Notes: generated by a model not told the origin, from the letters alone. A DNA stretch of 64,000 nt from Parvibaculum sp. (GCF_045863935.1 NZ_BTVP01000007.1:38161-102160), one strand, 5' to 3'. Numbered from the stretch's first letter, positions 35,532 through 45,553 are shown. Numbers and translations are program-made.

Positions 35532-36469
35532 TCCACTGCCCTCGACTTTGCCATCTGCTCGCCGGCGCTCCGCAACGCCGCCTTCAAATCGACCACGGCA
35601 GGCCCGGCCAGGACCACAAGCAGAACCGGCATGAAAAAGAGGATCATGACAAGCGTCAGATGAGGCGCCTTCCGTCCGACCTGTTCGCGCGCCGTCGCCA
35701 TGCGCTTGTCCGTCAAATCCGCCGAGAAACGCCGAAGCGTCGTCCCGAGCTCGCCGCCCTGGAACAAGGCCTGCTTGATCGTTGCCGCAAGATCCTGGCC
35801 TTCGTCGAGGCCGAGGCGCTGTCCCAGTCGATCCAGCGCGGCATCATAGGGCATGCCACCATCGATATCCGCTATATGCCGGCGAAGAACTTCGCTCGTC
35901 ACCGGTGCGGTCCGCGCAGCGACATTCGCGACATAGCGCATGCATTGATCGATGCTGACACCCGCATCCAGTGCCATCAGCATGATGTCGAGAACTGGCG
36001 GCAATTCACGCCGAATGACGTTCGCGCGGCGGTCCGCATAAACCTTGAGCGCGATCAATGCATATCGGTAGAACAGATAGCCGAAGAACAGGCCCAGCAG
36101 GATATCGACCGGGGAAATGCCGTTCGCCCCCAGCCGCGCAACGACTACCCCGAGGCCGACGACAAGTGCAGTCGCGTAACGCAAGGCGACGAAGATATAC
36201 AGCGCGGATGGCTGAAACAGTCCGGCGCGAAGTACAAGAGCTTTCAACTCGCGGTTGGTTCTCGCACCTTCAATGCTGCGTCCTGCCCGCTCAAGTCCTT
36301 GCAGAACTGCATCAGCAAAAGTACCGCGCGGGCGGTCGGGCGCGAAGAGATGTGAGAGGCGCTCGGCAACTTCATGTCGGCGCAGAAGCACCGGGACCGT
36401 AGACAGGAATACGGCTACGCCCGCCATCACTGCGAGCAGAGCCACCATCCATGTCATACCTTCCAACAC
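35528..36469 (-). CDS. tadC: Tad pilus inner-membrane platform protein TadC (T2SS F family)
   Basis: 313 aa, polytopic, in operon position after tadB. It has a T2SSF-like cytoplasmic domain (LPPVLDIMLMALDAGVSIDQ). Confidence 0.85.
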   Translation of the reverse strand: MLEGMTWMVALLAVMAGVAVFLSTVPVLLRRHEVAERLSHLFAPDRPRGTFADAVLQGLERAGRSIEGARTNRELKALVLRAGLFQPSALYIFVALRYATALVVGLGVVVARLGANGISPVDILLGLFFGYLFYRYALIALKVYADRRANVIRRELPPVLDIMLMALDAGVSIDQCMRYVANVAARTAPVTSEVLRRHIADIDGGMPYDAALDRLGQRLGLDEGQDLAATIKQALFQGGELGTTLRRFSADLTDKRMATAREQVGRKAPHLTLVMILFFMPVLLVVLAGPAVVDLKAALRSAGEQMAKSRAVE

Positions 36470-36485
36470 GCGATTCTTCCCTTTC

Positions 36486-37415
36486 CTAGTAGGACGTGCT
36501 CTTGACGACGCCCCGCATCATGACCGCTCCAAGCACCTGTGAAACAGCGCAGTAAATCAGCAATGTCCGTCCCGACGGATTGTCGATGAACCATCGAACA
36601 TAGTCGGGGCTCTGCACCATAACGACGGAAGCTACGATCATCGGCAGGAGGCCGAGCACCCAGGCACTTGCTCTGATCTGCGACGTGCTGACACGCACTT
36701 CGCGCAGGACCGCTGCGCGCCGGCGAATGTTCTCGATAAGATTGGCAAGGATCGCCGTCAGCGATCCGCCGAACCGCAAGTTCGTTTCGACCGCGGCCCC
36801 TAACAGACGAAGTTCGTAGAGATCGAGTTCGTCGGCAAGCTGGCCGATGCTTTCGGTCACGCCTGCACCATTCGCGATGCGGCGCATGGTCGGAGAGAAA
36901 AATTCCACAATGATCGGCGGCGAAGACTGCGTGGCGCGCGAAAGCGCGACCGAGAGGCTGTTTCCCACGACAAGAAGCTGCCTCACCCGATCGAAATAGC
37001 CAAGCATCGCATCCGAAAGCGTGTTCATGCGCTGCCGCGCCCGATAGTCCACGACCGCAGCGATGACGAGAACTACGCTGAGCACAAGAAGGGTCGAGAC
37101 GAAGAAGGAGAACAGCAGCGTAATCGCAATCCAGAGGCAGAATGCAAAGAAAGCAAAGGCAGTAAGCCGATCGGCCGAAAGCTCGATTCCGGCCTGGTAG
37201 AGCCGGGTGCGCGCGAACGCAGGGAGGTAGCGCGTCGAATCCGGCCATGAGCCGAAAGGCGACGATGGCTTCGCCACGGCGGGCGATCGTGCGACGAGCT
37301 CCTCAAGCCGTTCTTCAACCTCACGGTCGTAGCGGCTTCGCCACAGCAAGAACAACGCATAGGCGCCGCTTCCGAGGCACAGTAAAGCCAGAATTACCGT
37401 CGAGAACCCCGTCAT
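36486..37415 (-). CDS. tadB: Tad pilus inner-membrane platform protein TadB (T2SS F family)
   Basis: Start MTGFSTVILALLCLGSGAYALFLLW at 37415; the longer ORF prefix overlaps cpaF. T2SSF-like motifs are present. Confidence 0.85.
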   Translation of the reverse strand: MTGFSTVILALLCLGSGAYALFLLWRSRYDREVEERLEELVARSPAVAKPSSPFGSWPDSTRYLPAFARTRLYQAGIELSADRLTAFAFFAFCLWIAITLLFSFFVSTLLVLSVVLVIAAVVDYRARQRMNTLSDAMLGYFDRVRQLLVVGNSLSVALSRATQSSPPIIVEFFSPTMRRIANGAGVTESIGQLADELDLYELRLLGAAVETNLRFGGSLTAILANLIENIRRRAAVLREVRVSTSQIRASAWVLGLLPMIVASVVMVQSPDYVRWFIDNPSGRTLLIYCAVSQVLGAVMMRGVVKSTSY

Positions 37416-37431
37416 ACGTCCGTCAACTTTC

Positions 37432-38658
37432 CTATACGACCCGTCTCTTTTCCTCTTCTCCGTCCGAGAAAATTTCTCGCAGCGAGTAGGTTGGGCCCTC
37501 CATCCCCACCACTTCACAGATGGAAACCACCTTCCGCTTGCCGTCGGCGCGGCGTGCGGTATGCACGATGACGTGAACGGCGCCGGAGATGAACCGGCGC
37601 ACTGCCTGAAGGTCTGTGGAGAAGCCATGCAATCCGATCAGCATCTCAAGCCGCTCAAGCGCATCCCGCGGCGCGTTTGCATGCAGCGTCGCCATCGAAC
37701 CATCATGTCCCGTGCCCATAGCCTGAAGCATCTCGATCGCTTCGCTTGAGCGGACCTCGCCAAGAATGATGCGATCCGGGCGCATACGCAGAACGTTGCG
37801 CAAGAGGTCCCTCGCCGTCACCTCCGTCGAACCATCCGGCGAGGAAGGACGCGTCTCGAGGCGAACGACGTGCGACTGCTGCAGCTGTAACTCGGCCGCG
37901 TCCTCGATCGTGACGAGGCGTTCCTTGGCGCCAATATAGGAGCTCAAGACATTGAGCAGGGTCGTCTTGCCCGAGCCCGTGCCGCCGCAAATGAGGATGT
38001 TCTGTTTGCCGCGAACGGCATTCGACAGATAGTTCAGCATCTCCGACGACATCGAGCCATTCCGCACGAGGTCTTCGCCGGTCAGCGGAATGTGCTTGAA
38101 CTTGCGGATGGAGAGGATGGGGCCGTCCAGGGCGACGGGCGGAATAATGACATTGACGCGCGAGCCGTCCGGCAGACGCCCGTCGACGTAGGGAGTTCCT
38201 TCGTCAACGCGCCGACCGATCGGGCTCACGATCCGCTGAATGACATTCATCAGATGCGTGGTGTCCCGGAAACGCGTCTGAACCGGCTCGAGCTCACCAT
38301 ACCGTTCGACATATATATTTGCCGGCCCGTTGACGATCACGTCATCCACGGCCGGATCGCGCAGAAGAGGTTCCAGCGGTCCGAAACCGACTATCTCGTT
38401 CTGCACATCCTCTATGAGCTGCGCGCGCTCTCTCATATTGAGTGCGATGCCTCGCGACATGAGAACGACAGCAATTGCGCGGGCGATTTCATCCTGAAGC
38501 GCCGTCGCGGGAATGCTCTCGCCTTCGACGCCCTGCTGATCCAGATACTCCAGCGTCAGATCGAAAACGCGGAACTTGATTTCCTGGTAGCGGTCGGACA
38601 CGCCAATATCGCTCGCCGCATCTCCCGTCCCGAGCATGTATGGCTGCAGGGTTTTCAT
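37432..38658 (-). CDS. cpaF: Tad pilus secretion ATPase CpaF/TadA
   Basis: 408 aa with Walker [13 protein letters not shown], Asp box, Walker B RIILGEVR and a His box ([13 protein letters not shown]). Confidence 0.93.
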   Translation of the reverse strand: MKTLQPYMLGTGDAASDIGVSDRYQEIKFRVFDLTLEYLDQQGVEGESIPATALQDEIARAIAVVLMSRGIALNMRERAQLIEDVQNEIVGFGPLEPLLRDPAVDDVIVNGPANIYVERYGELEPVQTRFRDTTHLMNVIQRIVSPIGRRVDEGTPYVDGRLPDGSRVNVIIPPVALDGPILSIRKFKHIPLTGEDLVRNGSMSSEMLNYLSNAVRGKQNILICGGTGSGKTTLLNVLSSYIGAKERLVTIEDAAELQLQQSHVVRLETRPSSPDGSTEVTARDLLRNVLRMRPDRIILGEVRSSEAIEMLQAMGTGHDGSMATLHANAPRDALERLEMLIGLHGFSTDLQAVRRFISGAVHVIVHTARRADGKRKVVSICEVVGMEGPTYSLREIFSDGEEEKRRVV

Positions 38659-39845
38659 GATAACACCCCGAACTTCCGCGCCCAGCTCCTGAGTGGCTGC
38701 ATCCGGTCACCGTCGGCGTCGTGATGCGGGACGAGATTGAGCGCCTGCAGATGCCGGACAAGGTGCTGAGCGTAGGGCGTGGATGTGTCGAGCGAGAGGG
38801 GTTCGCCCCTGTTCACGCTTTCTGCCAACTGCTGCCAGCGAACCGGGAGATCTATGGTGCGCGCCGCGCCGACCGCATTTCCGATACCGGCCGTATCCGG
38901 CGCCATGCCCGGCGCAAACTCCTGCACGACAAGTACCGGCTCCTCACCCTCGGGACGGAACTGCCGCATCAGGCGCATGAGTTCAGCGGCGCCCTTGATC
39001 GAGGTGAAGCGCTGGTTGCAGGGAAGCAGGAAAAGCGCACCCTTGTCAGGCAAACTCAACAGCTCTTCCTGACGGGAAAAGGGTCCGCAGGAAACAATCA
39101 CGAGGTCATAAAGAGACTGGCAGATTTCGAGCAACGCCCGGAGATCGTGGACGTTGACAGCCCATTCGACATCGCCATGCACTGCGAGAGGCAGGACGTA
39201 AAGCCCCGAGCGCGGGCAACGCGCCAGCGCCGAATCGAGAAGCGCACGATCAAGGCGGGACATCTCCTTGACCGCCTCCTTCAAACGGAAAGAAAGATCT
39301 AGACCGAGCGAAATCGCCGCGCTGCTTGCCGGAAGCGAAAGATCGACAAGAAGAATTCCTTCGTCGGGCCGCGCCGAGGCAATTGCCGCACCGAGATTGA
39401 CCGCGAAGTCAGCATCTTCCTCGCACGAGCTTCCACTGAGCACCGTAACAATGCGCGAGGAAGCCGTTGCACGCGGCCTGTCGACTGCCACGTGCCGAAT
39501 GACCACCTCCCGAATACCGTCCTCTGCTGCGTCTCTGTCGATGAAGTCCTGCGCGCCTGCGCGCATTGCCGTCAGAATGAGTTGGGCGCCGGATTCATTG
39601 CCGATGACAATCATCGGCAGCGCCGGAAACCACTCCCTGACCACTGCGAGCCGTTCGAAGGCCGTGCGCGCACCCATGCGGATATCGCTGTCGACCAGGA
39701 TACCTTCCGGCCGAAACTGTGCAGCCAGTTCCTCGACGTTATCGATGGCCGGATCGGCACTCATGATGGTCGAAACGGATTCAAGCGCCAGCTTGATCCG
39801 TGCAGTGAGATTCTTGTCGCCTGAGATCAGAAGAAAGCGATACAT
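38655..39845 (-). CDS. cpaE: CpaE/TadZ-position protein (REC-like N-domain plus ParA/MinD-like domain with degenerate P-loop)
   Basis: 396 aa between the secretin and cpaF genes, with an N-terminal receiver-like fold. No KGGxGK[ST] Walker A is visible; the corresponding region reads VLSGSSCEEDADFAVNLGAAIA. Confidence 0.7.
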   Translation of the reverse strand: MYRFLLISGDKNLTARIKLALESVSTIMSADPAIDNVEELAAQFRPEGILVDSDIRMGARTAFERLAVVREWFPALPMIVIGNESGAQLILTAMRAGAQDFIDRDAAEDGIREVVIRHVAVDRPRATASSRIVTVLSGSSCEEDADFAVNLGAAIASARPDEGILLVDLSLPASSAAISLGLDLSFRLKEAVKEMSRLDRALLDSALARCPRSGLYVLPLAVHGDVEWAVNVHDLRALLEICQSLYDLVIVSCGPFSRQEELLSLPDKGALFLLPCNQRFTSIKGAAELMRLMRQFRPEGEEPVLVVQEFAPGMAPDTAGIGNAVGAARTIDLPVRWQQLAESVNRGEPLSLDTSTPYAQHLVRHLQALNLVPHHDADGDRMQPLRSWARKFGVLS

Positions 39846-39851
39846 GCCGCG

Positions 39852-41288
39852 TTACCTCATCAGGCCGTGCTTGACGACGTGGTCGCCGACGGATTCGACG
39901 TTAAGCAGAATATCGCCGAAGTCGGGATCGTAGACCTGTCCTTCGCCAGGCAGCGCGGGCACTTCTCCCGCCTCCATCGGCGAGACGAGGCGCGGCGTTG
40001 CCACAATGATAAGCTCCTGGCGTTCGCGGGCGTTCTGGGTGCGTTTGAAAAAGCTGCCAATGATCGGCAGTTCGCCGATACCCGGCACGCGATCCTCGAC
40101 ATTCCCGGACGTGGAGTACATCAGGCCAGCGAGGACGAAGCTCTGCCCGTCGCCGAGCTCAATGGTCGTACGGGTCGACCGCGTGCGAAGCGCGGGAATG
40201 CGAAAGCCTTGCACGACAAGCGCGTTCGTATAGTCGAGTTCGCTGACCTCCGGGCTCACTTTGAGGACGATGCGATCGTTATCGAGGACGGTCGCTGCCA
40301 CGTCGAGCTGCACGCCAAACTTCTTGTATTCGATCGTGACAGTTCCGTTGGCTGTGCCGGACTGGGGAACAGGCACCGGAATTTCGCCGCCCGCCAGAAA
40401 CTCCGCGTCCTCGCCGCTGCGGACAAGCAGGGTCGGCTCGGCAAGCAACTGCGCCAGATTTGCGTTGCTCAACGCGCTTATGACACCGAGGATGTTGGAG
40501 CCGGGCCATGCCATCAGCAGATTGAACGCCTGCCCGATGGGAAGATTGGTATTGGGATCGAAACCGGCATAGTCGCCACCGGGATTGGTCGTCTCGATAT
40601 TGCCGGGCGTATACCCAAAGCCGGTGTTCGAACTCGGCCCGATCGCCGCAACCTGAATGTTGTTATCGAGACTCTGAAAGTTGAGACCGAGAGCCTTGAG
40701 CGTACTTGTCGAAACGGCCGCGAAGCGCACCTCGACCGCTACCATGCGGCGGTCGGCGACGGTCATCATATCGCCCGCGTCCTTGCCGAGGTAGGACCGC
40801 GCGAGCGATCGCGCTTTCTGCCGATCCTCGAGACTGTAAACCTGCCCCTTGAGAACGACGCCTCTCCCGGTCTCCACCGCCTTGACGCCTGAAAGCGCGG
40901 AATCGCGGCTGAACTCGGCCTGAAGCCCTTTCAGGTCCGCGCCAACGACGACATGATAGGAAAGGGAGGCATCGGTGCCGGCGAACCAGATGGTGAGATC
41001 GGTCGTTCCCTCCTTTTGTCCCAGCACGCGAAGTTCCTGCGAGGAAACGACCTTCACGTCTATCGTCCCCGGGTCGGCAATCGCAATCCGGTCGATGGTA
41101 CGCTCTAGTTTCAGTATCCGCTGACCACCGACGGCTATGTCGAGAGCTCTTTCTGCCGCAAACGCCGCCTGGCCACCCAGCAGGAATGCTACGAGAAAGA
41201 GCGCGAGTGTCCCCGCAACCGATATACCGGTCCACCTGCCCGCCACTGCCTTCCCTCCCGCTCTCATATGTCTCATCCCCTCCGGCAT
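39852..41288 (-). CDS. cpaC: Tad pilus outer-membrane secretin CpaC/RcpA
   Basis: 478 aa with a signal/TM N-terminus, BON-like repeats and the secretin C-domain (RTTIELGDGQSFVLAGLM ... VPGIGELPIIGSFFKR). Confidence 0.9.
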   Translation of the reverse strand: MPEGMRHMRAGGKAVAGRWTGISVAGTLALFLVAFLLGGQAAFAAERALDIAVGGQRILKLERTIDRIAIADPGTIDVKVVSSQELRVLGQKEGTTDLTIWFAGTDASLSYHVVVGADLKGLQAEFSRDSALSGVKAVETGRGVVLKGQVYSLEDRQKARSLARSYLGKDAGDMMTVADRRMVAVEVRFAAVSTSTLKALGLNFQSLDNNIQVAAIGPSSNTGFGYTPGNIETTNPGGDYAGFDPNTNLPIGQAFNLLMAWPGSNILGVISALSNANLAQLLAEPTLLVRSGEDAEFLAGGEIPVPVPQSGTANGTVTIEYKKFGVQLDVAATVLDNDRIVLKVSPEVSELDYTNALVVQGFRIPALRTRSTRTTIELGDGQSFVLAGLMYSTSGNVEDRVPGIGELPIIGSFFKRTQNARERQELIIVATPRLVSPMEAGEVPALPGEGQVYDPDFGDILLNVESVGDHVVKHGLMR

Positions 41289-41295
41289 CCTTCCA

Positions 41296-42189
41296 TTACC
41301 TCGGTGCCGTTACCGTCGACTGGTTTGCACCCGAATAGATCGTGATGCGGTGACCAGACGATCCCGTTGCCTCCGTTTCCCGCTCGGGATCCACGGAGGC
41401 CGAGCCCGGCCGCAAATCGTCGAGCGCCACCAGCTCCGCCGGCGCAATTTCCCGATCATCGGGATTGCGGATCGCCAGCGTGATGTGGCCGAGACGTCCC
41501 GCCAATGCGAGCTTCGCGAGCGCATCCGGAGGCGCCGCCACCGTCACGGTGCGTGCGCCGCTGTTCACCTCACCGCCCTTGGACGAGAGAGCGGCGCCGA
41601 CGGCGAGCACCTCCATATCCTGCAGAAGGAGCGCACTCTTGCTTTGATCCGCCTTCGTCTGGCCTATACCCGCTTGCTGGCCATAGACCGCACCGGGAAA
41701 AGTCGCAAAGACGTCAACCCTGTCGCCCGCCTGCAGGAATCCTCCAACGATGTCCTCTTCGGCAACGCGGATAGCGAAAGCGCGCTGTCCCTCGGAAACG
41801 AGGGCAGCCATGCCAGCGCCTGCCGGTCCGGCACTGAGCTCGCCGCCGAAGATAATCTGGGAGGCACGAATGTCCGCGGTTGCGACGCGGCCGACCGCCG
41901 CCGTTGCTTCATTGATGCTGCCGGCCGGCGCGGGCGCCTCCATTTTTCGAAGGGTCAAATCTTCCGCTGTGAGGACTCTGCCGCGTACCACATCGCGTGC
42001 CGCGACAAGCACACTGACAGCACGATCTGTGGCGAGCCCTTCGTCCCCTTGAGGCGCGACGGTCCTGACTGTCGCCGCATCGCGCGCAGACAAATTAAGC
42101 CAGATGAGAGCGACGGCAACGGCGATCAGCACGACGCCCACGCCCAAAAGAATTATCGGGTTTCGCTGAATCCGCTGCGCAAGATTCAT
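41296..42189 (-). CDS. cpaB: Flp pilus assembly protein CpaB/RcpC
   Basis: 297 aa with an N-terminal TM (ILLGVGVVLIAVAVALIWL) and a SAF-like domain (VLVAARDVVRGRVLTAEDL). It is the first gene of the Tad operon. Confidence 0.85.
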   Translation of the reverse strand: MNLAQRIQRNPIILLGVGVVLIAVAVALIWLNLSARDAATVRTVAPQGDEGLATDRAVSVLVAARDVVRGRVLTAEDLTLRKMEAPAPAGSINEATAAVGRVATADIRASQIIFGGELSAGPAGAGMAALVSEGQRAFAIRVAEEDIVGGFLQAGDRVDVFATFPGAVYGQQAGIGQTKADQSKSALLLQDMEVLAVGAALSSKGGEVNSGARTVTVAAPPDALAKLALAGRLGHITLAIRNPDDREIAPAELVALDDLRPGSASVDPERETEATGSSGHRITIYSGANQSTVTAPR

Positions 42190-42731
42190 GATCTCGTCCC
42201 TCCTCCCGCGGCCGCCCCACTCACGCGCACTTCCCGTACACCTGACGAAACATTCTACGAGTCATTCTGCTCAATAGAGTCTTAACTTTACACATGCATT
42301 TGCGCGGGAAGGCCGAGAACTTTGCCATCATTAGGAAAATAGCGACCTGAACAGCAAAGACCTGAAAACCATGTCATTAGTATGGAAACAATGCTGACCA
42401 AGAGTTTCCCTCTCCCACGCACAAAGGTAAGGGGGCCGCTCGCATCCAGCATGTGCAACCAACGGCCCGCCGTCTCTTTAAACACACTCACACGCCTGCG
42501 GTTCCGCCGCCTTGAAAATGTGATTCTAGTGATATCGAGATTGGCCGACGCGATGTATCGCGGGATTTGGTGCGAGGAACATCCAACAGAAATCGAAGCA
42601 GCGCGACACTCCTCGACAAACCGTGTACGGACCGTTCCGTGTTACTCAAATTAAATACAGTACTCTTCTTTATTGTCCCCGCTCGCTTTGTACGATTGAA
42701 ACGAGGGAAGCTCGTATGAGGTGGAGGGAAG

Positions 42732-44408
42732 ATGATCCGGAAAACAGGCAAACTACTTGTCGCCGTGTCGGGCATTGCGCTGATGTGCAGCCCCGCCGTA
42801 GCGCAGAGCACGACGCCGCTGAACGCGCCAGCCCCCGGAACGGTGCTGACGCCTCCGCCTCCCGCTCCCGACCTGCAAAAACGCGAAGTGCCGGAGCTGA
42901 AGGAGGAACTCGGCCTGCCGGATGGGTCGCAGAAAGTTCTCAACTTTCGCATTTCTCGCGTTCGGGTCGTGGGCGCCACAGTCATCGAGGAAGAAGGGAT
43001 CGCGGCACAGTTCAGCAATATTCTCGATCGCGAAATCACGGCGGGCGACCTGCGCTCTTCTCTCGACCGTGCCAACCAGCTTTATGCTGAGGCGGGCTAC
43101 GCATTGGGCAGGGCCTACATCCCCGTCCAGGTCATCCAGCGCGGCACGCTGATCGTCCGGGTCGTCGAAGGGTTTGTCGGCGAAATCAAGATTACCGCAG
43201 ATGATCCCGCCGTTCGCCACATGATCGAGGAATTCAGCCGACGGATCGTGTCCGAGAAGCCGCTCCGCTCCGAAACGCTTGAGCGCTATCTGCTGCTCAT
43301 CAACGACATTCCGGGAGCGACACTCGGCGGCAAGTTGACGGGCATGAATGTCTATACCGGCGCGGCCACGCTTGCGCTCAACGTCGAGAGCGAGAAAGTG
43401 GTGCTGTCGACCGCAGTCGATAACCGCGCGAATCTCGAAAATTCGCCGTTTGCCGCCTATCTCACCGGCTCGCTCAACAATATCTTCGGAACGGGCGACC
43501 AGATTTCCCTGACGGGTCTTGCAACTCCGGAAATCGATTCACAGCAGTATTTCCGCGCCGCCTTCTCGAGCTTTATCGGCACGGATGGCCTTCGGGCGAC
43601 AATGGGGGCGGCATATGCGAGCTCCGAAACGCCAGACCTGCCGCCGGGCATCGAACTCGTCAGCACAAGCACGCAGGTCGATTTTCTGCTGAGCTATCCG
43701 ATCATTCGCGCAACCAGGGAAACGCTGACCACCTTCTTCGGCGCTTACCTGACCAATGCCAAGAACGAGTTGAATGGCTTCAAGTTCAGCGAAGACGCGA
43801 TACGCGCGGCGCATATCGGCGGCACATATGCCTCGCAGATGAACGAGCGGCTCTCGGTTGGCGGCCATGTCCGTTTGACGCAGGGACTTCCGATCGGTGG
43901 CGCTGGTCCCAACAACACGCTCCACTCGCGACTCGGAGCAACACCCAACTTCACAAAACTGCAGAGCGGCTTTTCGGTAAACTATGCTGCGACGGAACGG
44001 CTGCTTCTCAGCTTTCGAACGGAAGGACAGTACAGTCCTGACTCGCTTTACAGTTCGGAGGAGATAAGTTTCGGCGGCGTGCGCTTCGCCCGCGGCTACA
44101 ACAATTCAGAAGTCAGCGGCGATAGCGGTCTTGGCGGCTCGATCCAGGCGAGCTACCGCTTCGATGTCGAAGCCTTCGGCGGATGGGCTGTGACCCCCTA
44201 CACATTCGTCGATCAGTCGAAAGTCTGGAACACCGACGTGGACGGCCAAGGCGATCATCGTCTGCTTTCCACCGGCATCGGCGTCACCCTTTCCAATCTT
44301 CGTTGGTTTTCTCTCGGGCTGGAACTCGATAAGCCGATCAACCAGACGCCCGCCTCCCAGAATGACAAGGATCCCCGGCTCTTCGTCTCTTTCGAGGTTA
44401 AGTTCTGA
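42732..44408 (+). CDS. ShlB/FhaC/HecB-family two-partner-secretion outer-membrane transporter (TpsB)
   Basis: 558 aa with a signal peptide (ALMCSPAVAQ), POTRA region (ISRVRVVGATVIEEEGI ... YALGRAYIPVQVIQRGTLIVRVVEGFVGEIKI) and a beta-barrel containing SFGGVRFARGY. The C-terminus is FVSFEVKF. Confidence 0.85.
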   Translation: MIRKTGKLLVAVSGIALMCSPAVAQSTTPLNAPAPGTVLTPPPPAPDLQKREVPELKEELGLPDGSQKVLNFRISRVRVVGATVIEEEGIAAQFSNILDREITAGDLRSSLDRANQLYAEAGYALGRAYIPVQVIQRGTLIVRVVEGFVGEIKITADDPAVRHMIEEFSRRIVSEKPLRSETLERYLLLINDIPGATLGGKLTGMNVYTGAATLALNVESEKVVLSTAVDNRANLENSPFAAYLTGSLNNIFGTGDQISLTGLATPEIDSQQYFRAAFSSFIGTDGLRATMGAAYASSETPDLPPGIELVSTSTQVDFLLSYPIIRATRETLTTFFGAYLTNAKNELNGFKFSEDAIRAAHIGGTYASQMNERLSVGGHVRLTQGLPIGGAGPNNTLHSRLGATPNFTKLQSGFSVNYAATERLLLSFRTEGQYSPDSLYSSEEISFGGVRFARGYNNSEVSGDSGLGGSIQASYRFDVEAFGGWAVTPYTFVDQSKVWNTDVDGQGDHRLLSTGIGVTLSNLRWFSLGLELDKPINQTPASQNDKDPRLFVSFEVKF

Positions 44409-44434
44409 CGCCGATTGTGTCGGCGCACCAATAA

Positions 44435-44468
44435 GAAAGGCCCGGCATTCTGCCGGGCCTTTCCATTT
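44435..44468. terminator. Bidirectional intrinsic terminator between the convergent tpsB and lipoprotein paralog 3 genes
   Basis: AAAGGCCCGGCA-ttc-TGCCGGGCCTTT, a 12-bp stem flanked by A/T runs on both sides. Confidence 0.65.
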
Positions 44469-44512
44469 TGAGGGCTACACAATTGCATGAGCCCCCGGGG
44501 GGTCGGCAAGTA

Positions 44513-45553
44513 TCAGAGGCCCCCGACAAGACCTCCGACAAGACCTGTAACCGGCGCGAGGATGCCAGGTGTCGTGCTCGGCGCACCGGTATCGGGCGCC
44601 GCCGTCAGTGCACCGGCGGACTGTCCGCCCACCACATCACCGACGACAGGCACGCCGCCGAGGGCGTCTGTGACCGGCGCCGCCACGCTGCCAATGACAC
44701 TGGCGCCGGTGCCCAGAATATTGTCGAGCACCGGGACGGCCGGCGCGAGCAGGCTGTCTGCCGGCGAAATTTCGTTTCCTGCCACGACATTCAAGAGACC
44801 GTTCGTCGCGTCACCGACATAGCCGAGAAGCGGTTCTCCCGCAGGAACGATGTCTCCCAGCTGACCGCCATTGCCTCCGCCAAGCGGCGTGTCCGGCCCG
44901 AGAAGATTGCCCACGAGATCGGTCCCCGTCAGGTCTGCAATGAGACCGTCGCTGCCGGTCAGGCCGAGCGCCGGGAGTTGCGCCAATGCGTCGTTGAGCG
45001 CCGAGGAAGGCAGGGCCGCAGCCAGCGGGCCGGCAACAGGGGCGAGCGGGGGCTCGCCCACCTTGTCGTTGAGCAGTGCGCCGAGCAGACCGTCGTTCCC
45101 ACCCGCAATGCTCGCGGTCAGGACGCCGCCTGTATCGAGCATGCCGCCGAGGAGGTCCGTGCCGGCAAGGTCGGCAACGAGGCCTCCTTCTCCTGCTATA
45201 CCAAGCCCCACGACCTCAGCATCGGGATCGCCGGCGAGCGCCGCGGCCGCCGAGGGGATGAGCCCTGCGGAGCCTCCCCCAAGGATCGTTTCGAGGGGAT
45301 TGTCCGGGCCCAGGCCATCCAGCAACCCGCCAATCGGGTCCACGCCCACGACATTATCGAGGACACCACCGTCGCCGATGACGCCGAGACCCGCGTCTCC
45401 CCCTTCACCGCCAAAGCCGCCCGAGCCCGCACTCCGCGCGAAAACGCTGCTGCTTCCGCCGCCTCCGACCTCCGACGACATGGCAATCTTGTCGGTCATG
45501 CAGCCCGCGAGGCCGACACAGACGAGGGAGGCAACAAGGGCTCTTCCTGACAC
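44513..45553 (-). CDS. Gly/Leu/Asp-rich repeat lipoprotein, paralog 3 (unknown function)
   Basis: The likely GTG start at 45553 follows GGAGGAGG and gives SGRALVASLVCVGLAGC (lipobox). Motifs LGIAGEGGLVADLAGTDLLGGMLD and LGLTGSDGLIADLTGTDLVGNLLG are shared with paralogs 1 and 2. Confidence 0.65.
   Translation of the reverse strand: MSGRALVASLVCVGLAGCMTDKIAMSSEVGGGGSSSVFARSAGSGGFGGEGGDAGLGVIGDGGVLDNVVGVDPIGGLLDGLGPDNPLETILGGGSAGLIPSAAAALAGDPDAEVVGLGIAGEGGLVADLAGTDLLGGMLDTGGVLTASIAGGNDGLLGALLNDKVGEPPLAPVAGPLAAALPSSALNDALAQLPALGLTGSDGLIADLTGTDLVGNLLGPDTPLGGGNGGQLGDIVPAGEPLLGYVGDATNGLLNVVAGNEISPADSLLAPAVPVLDNILGTGASVIGSVAAPVTDALGGVPVVGDVVGGQSAGALTAAPDTGAPSTTPGILAPVTGLVGGLVGGL

Noticed and set aside
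42288-42491. 67-aa ORF upstream of cpaB as a possible extra pilin or small Tad gene
   Set aside because: It has no Flp motif (G/xxxxEY) and no RBS, and its Cys/Trp-rich composition is odd. It is treated as non-coding.
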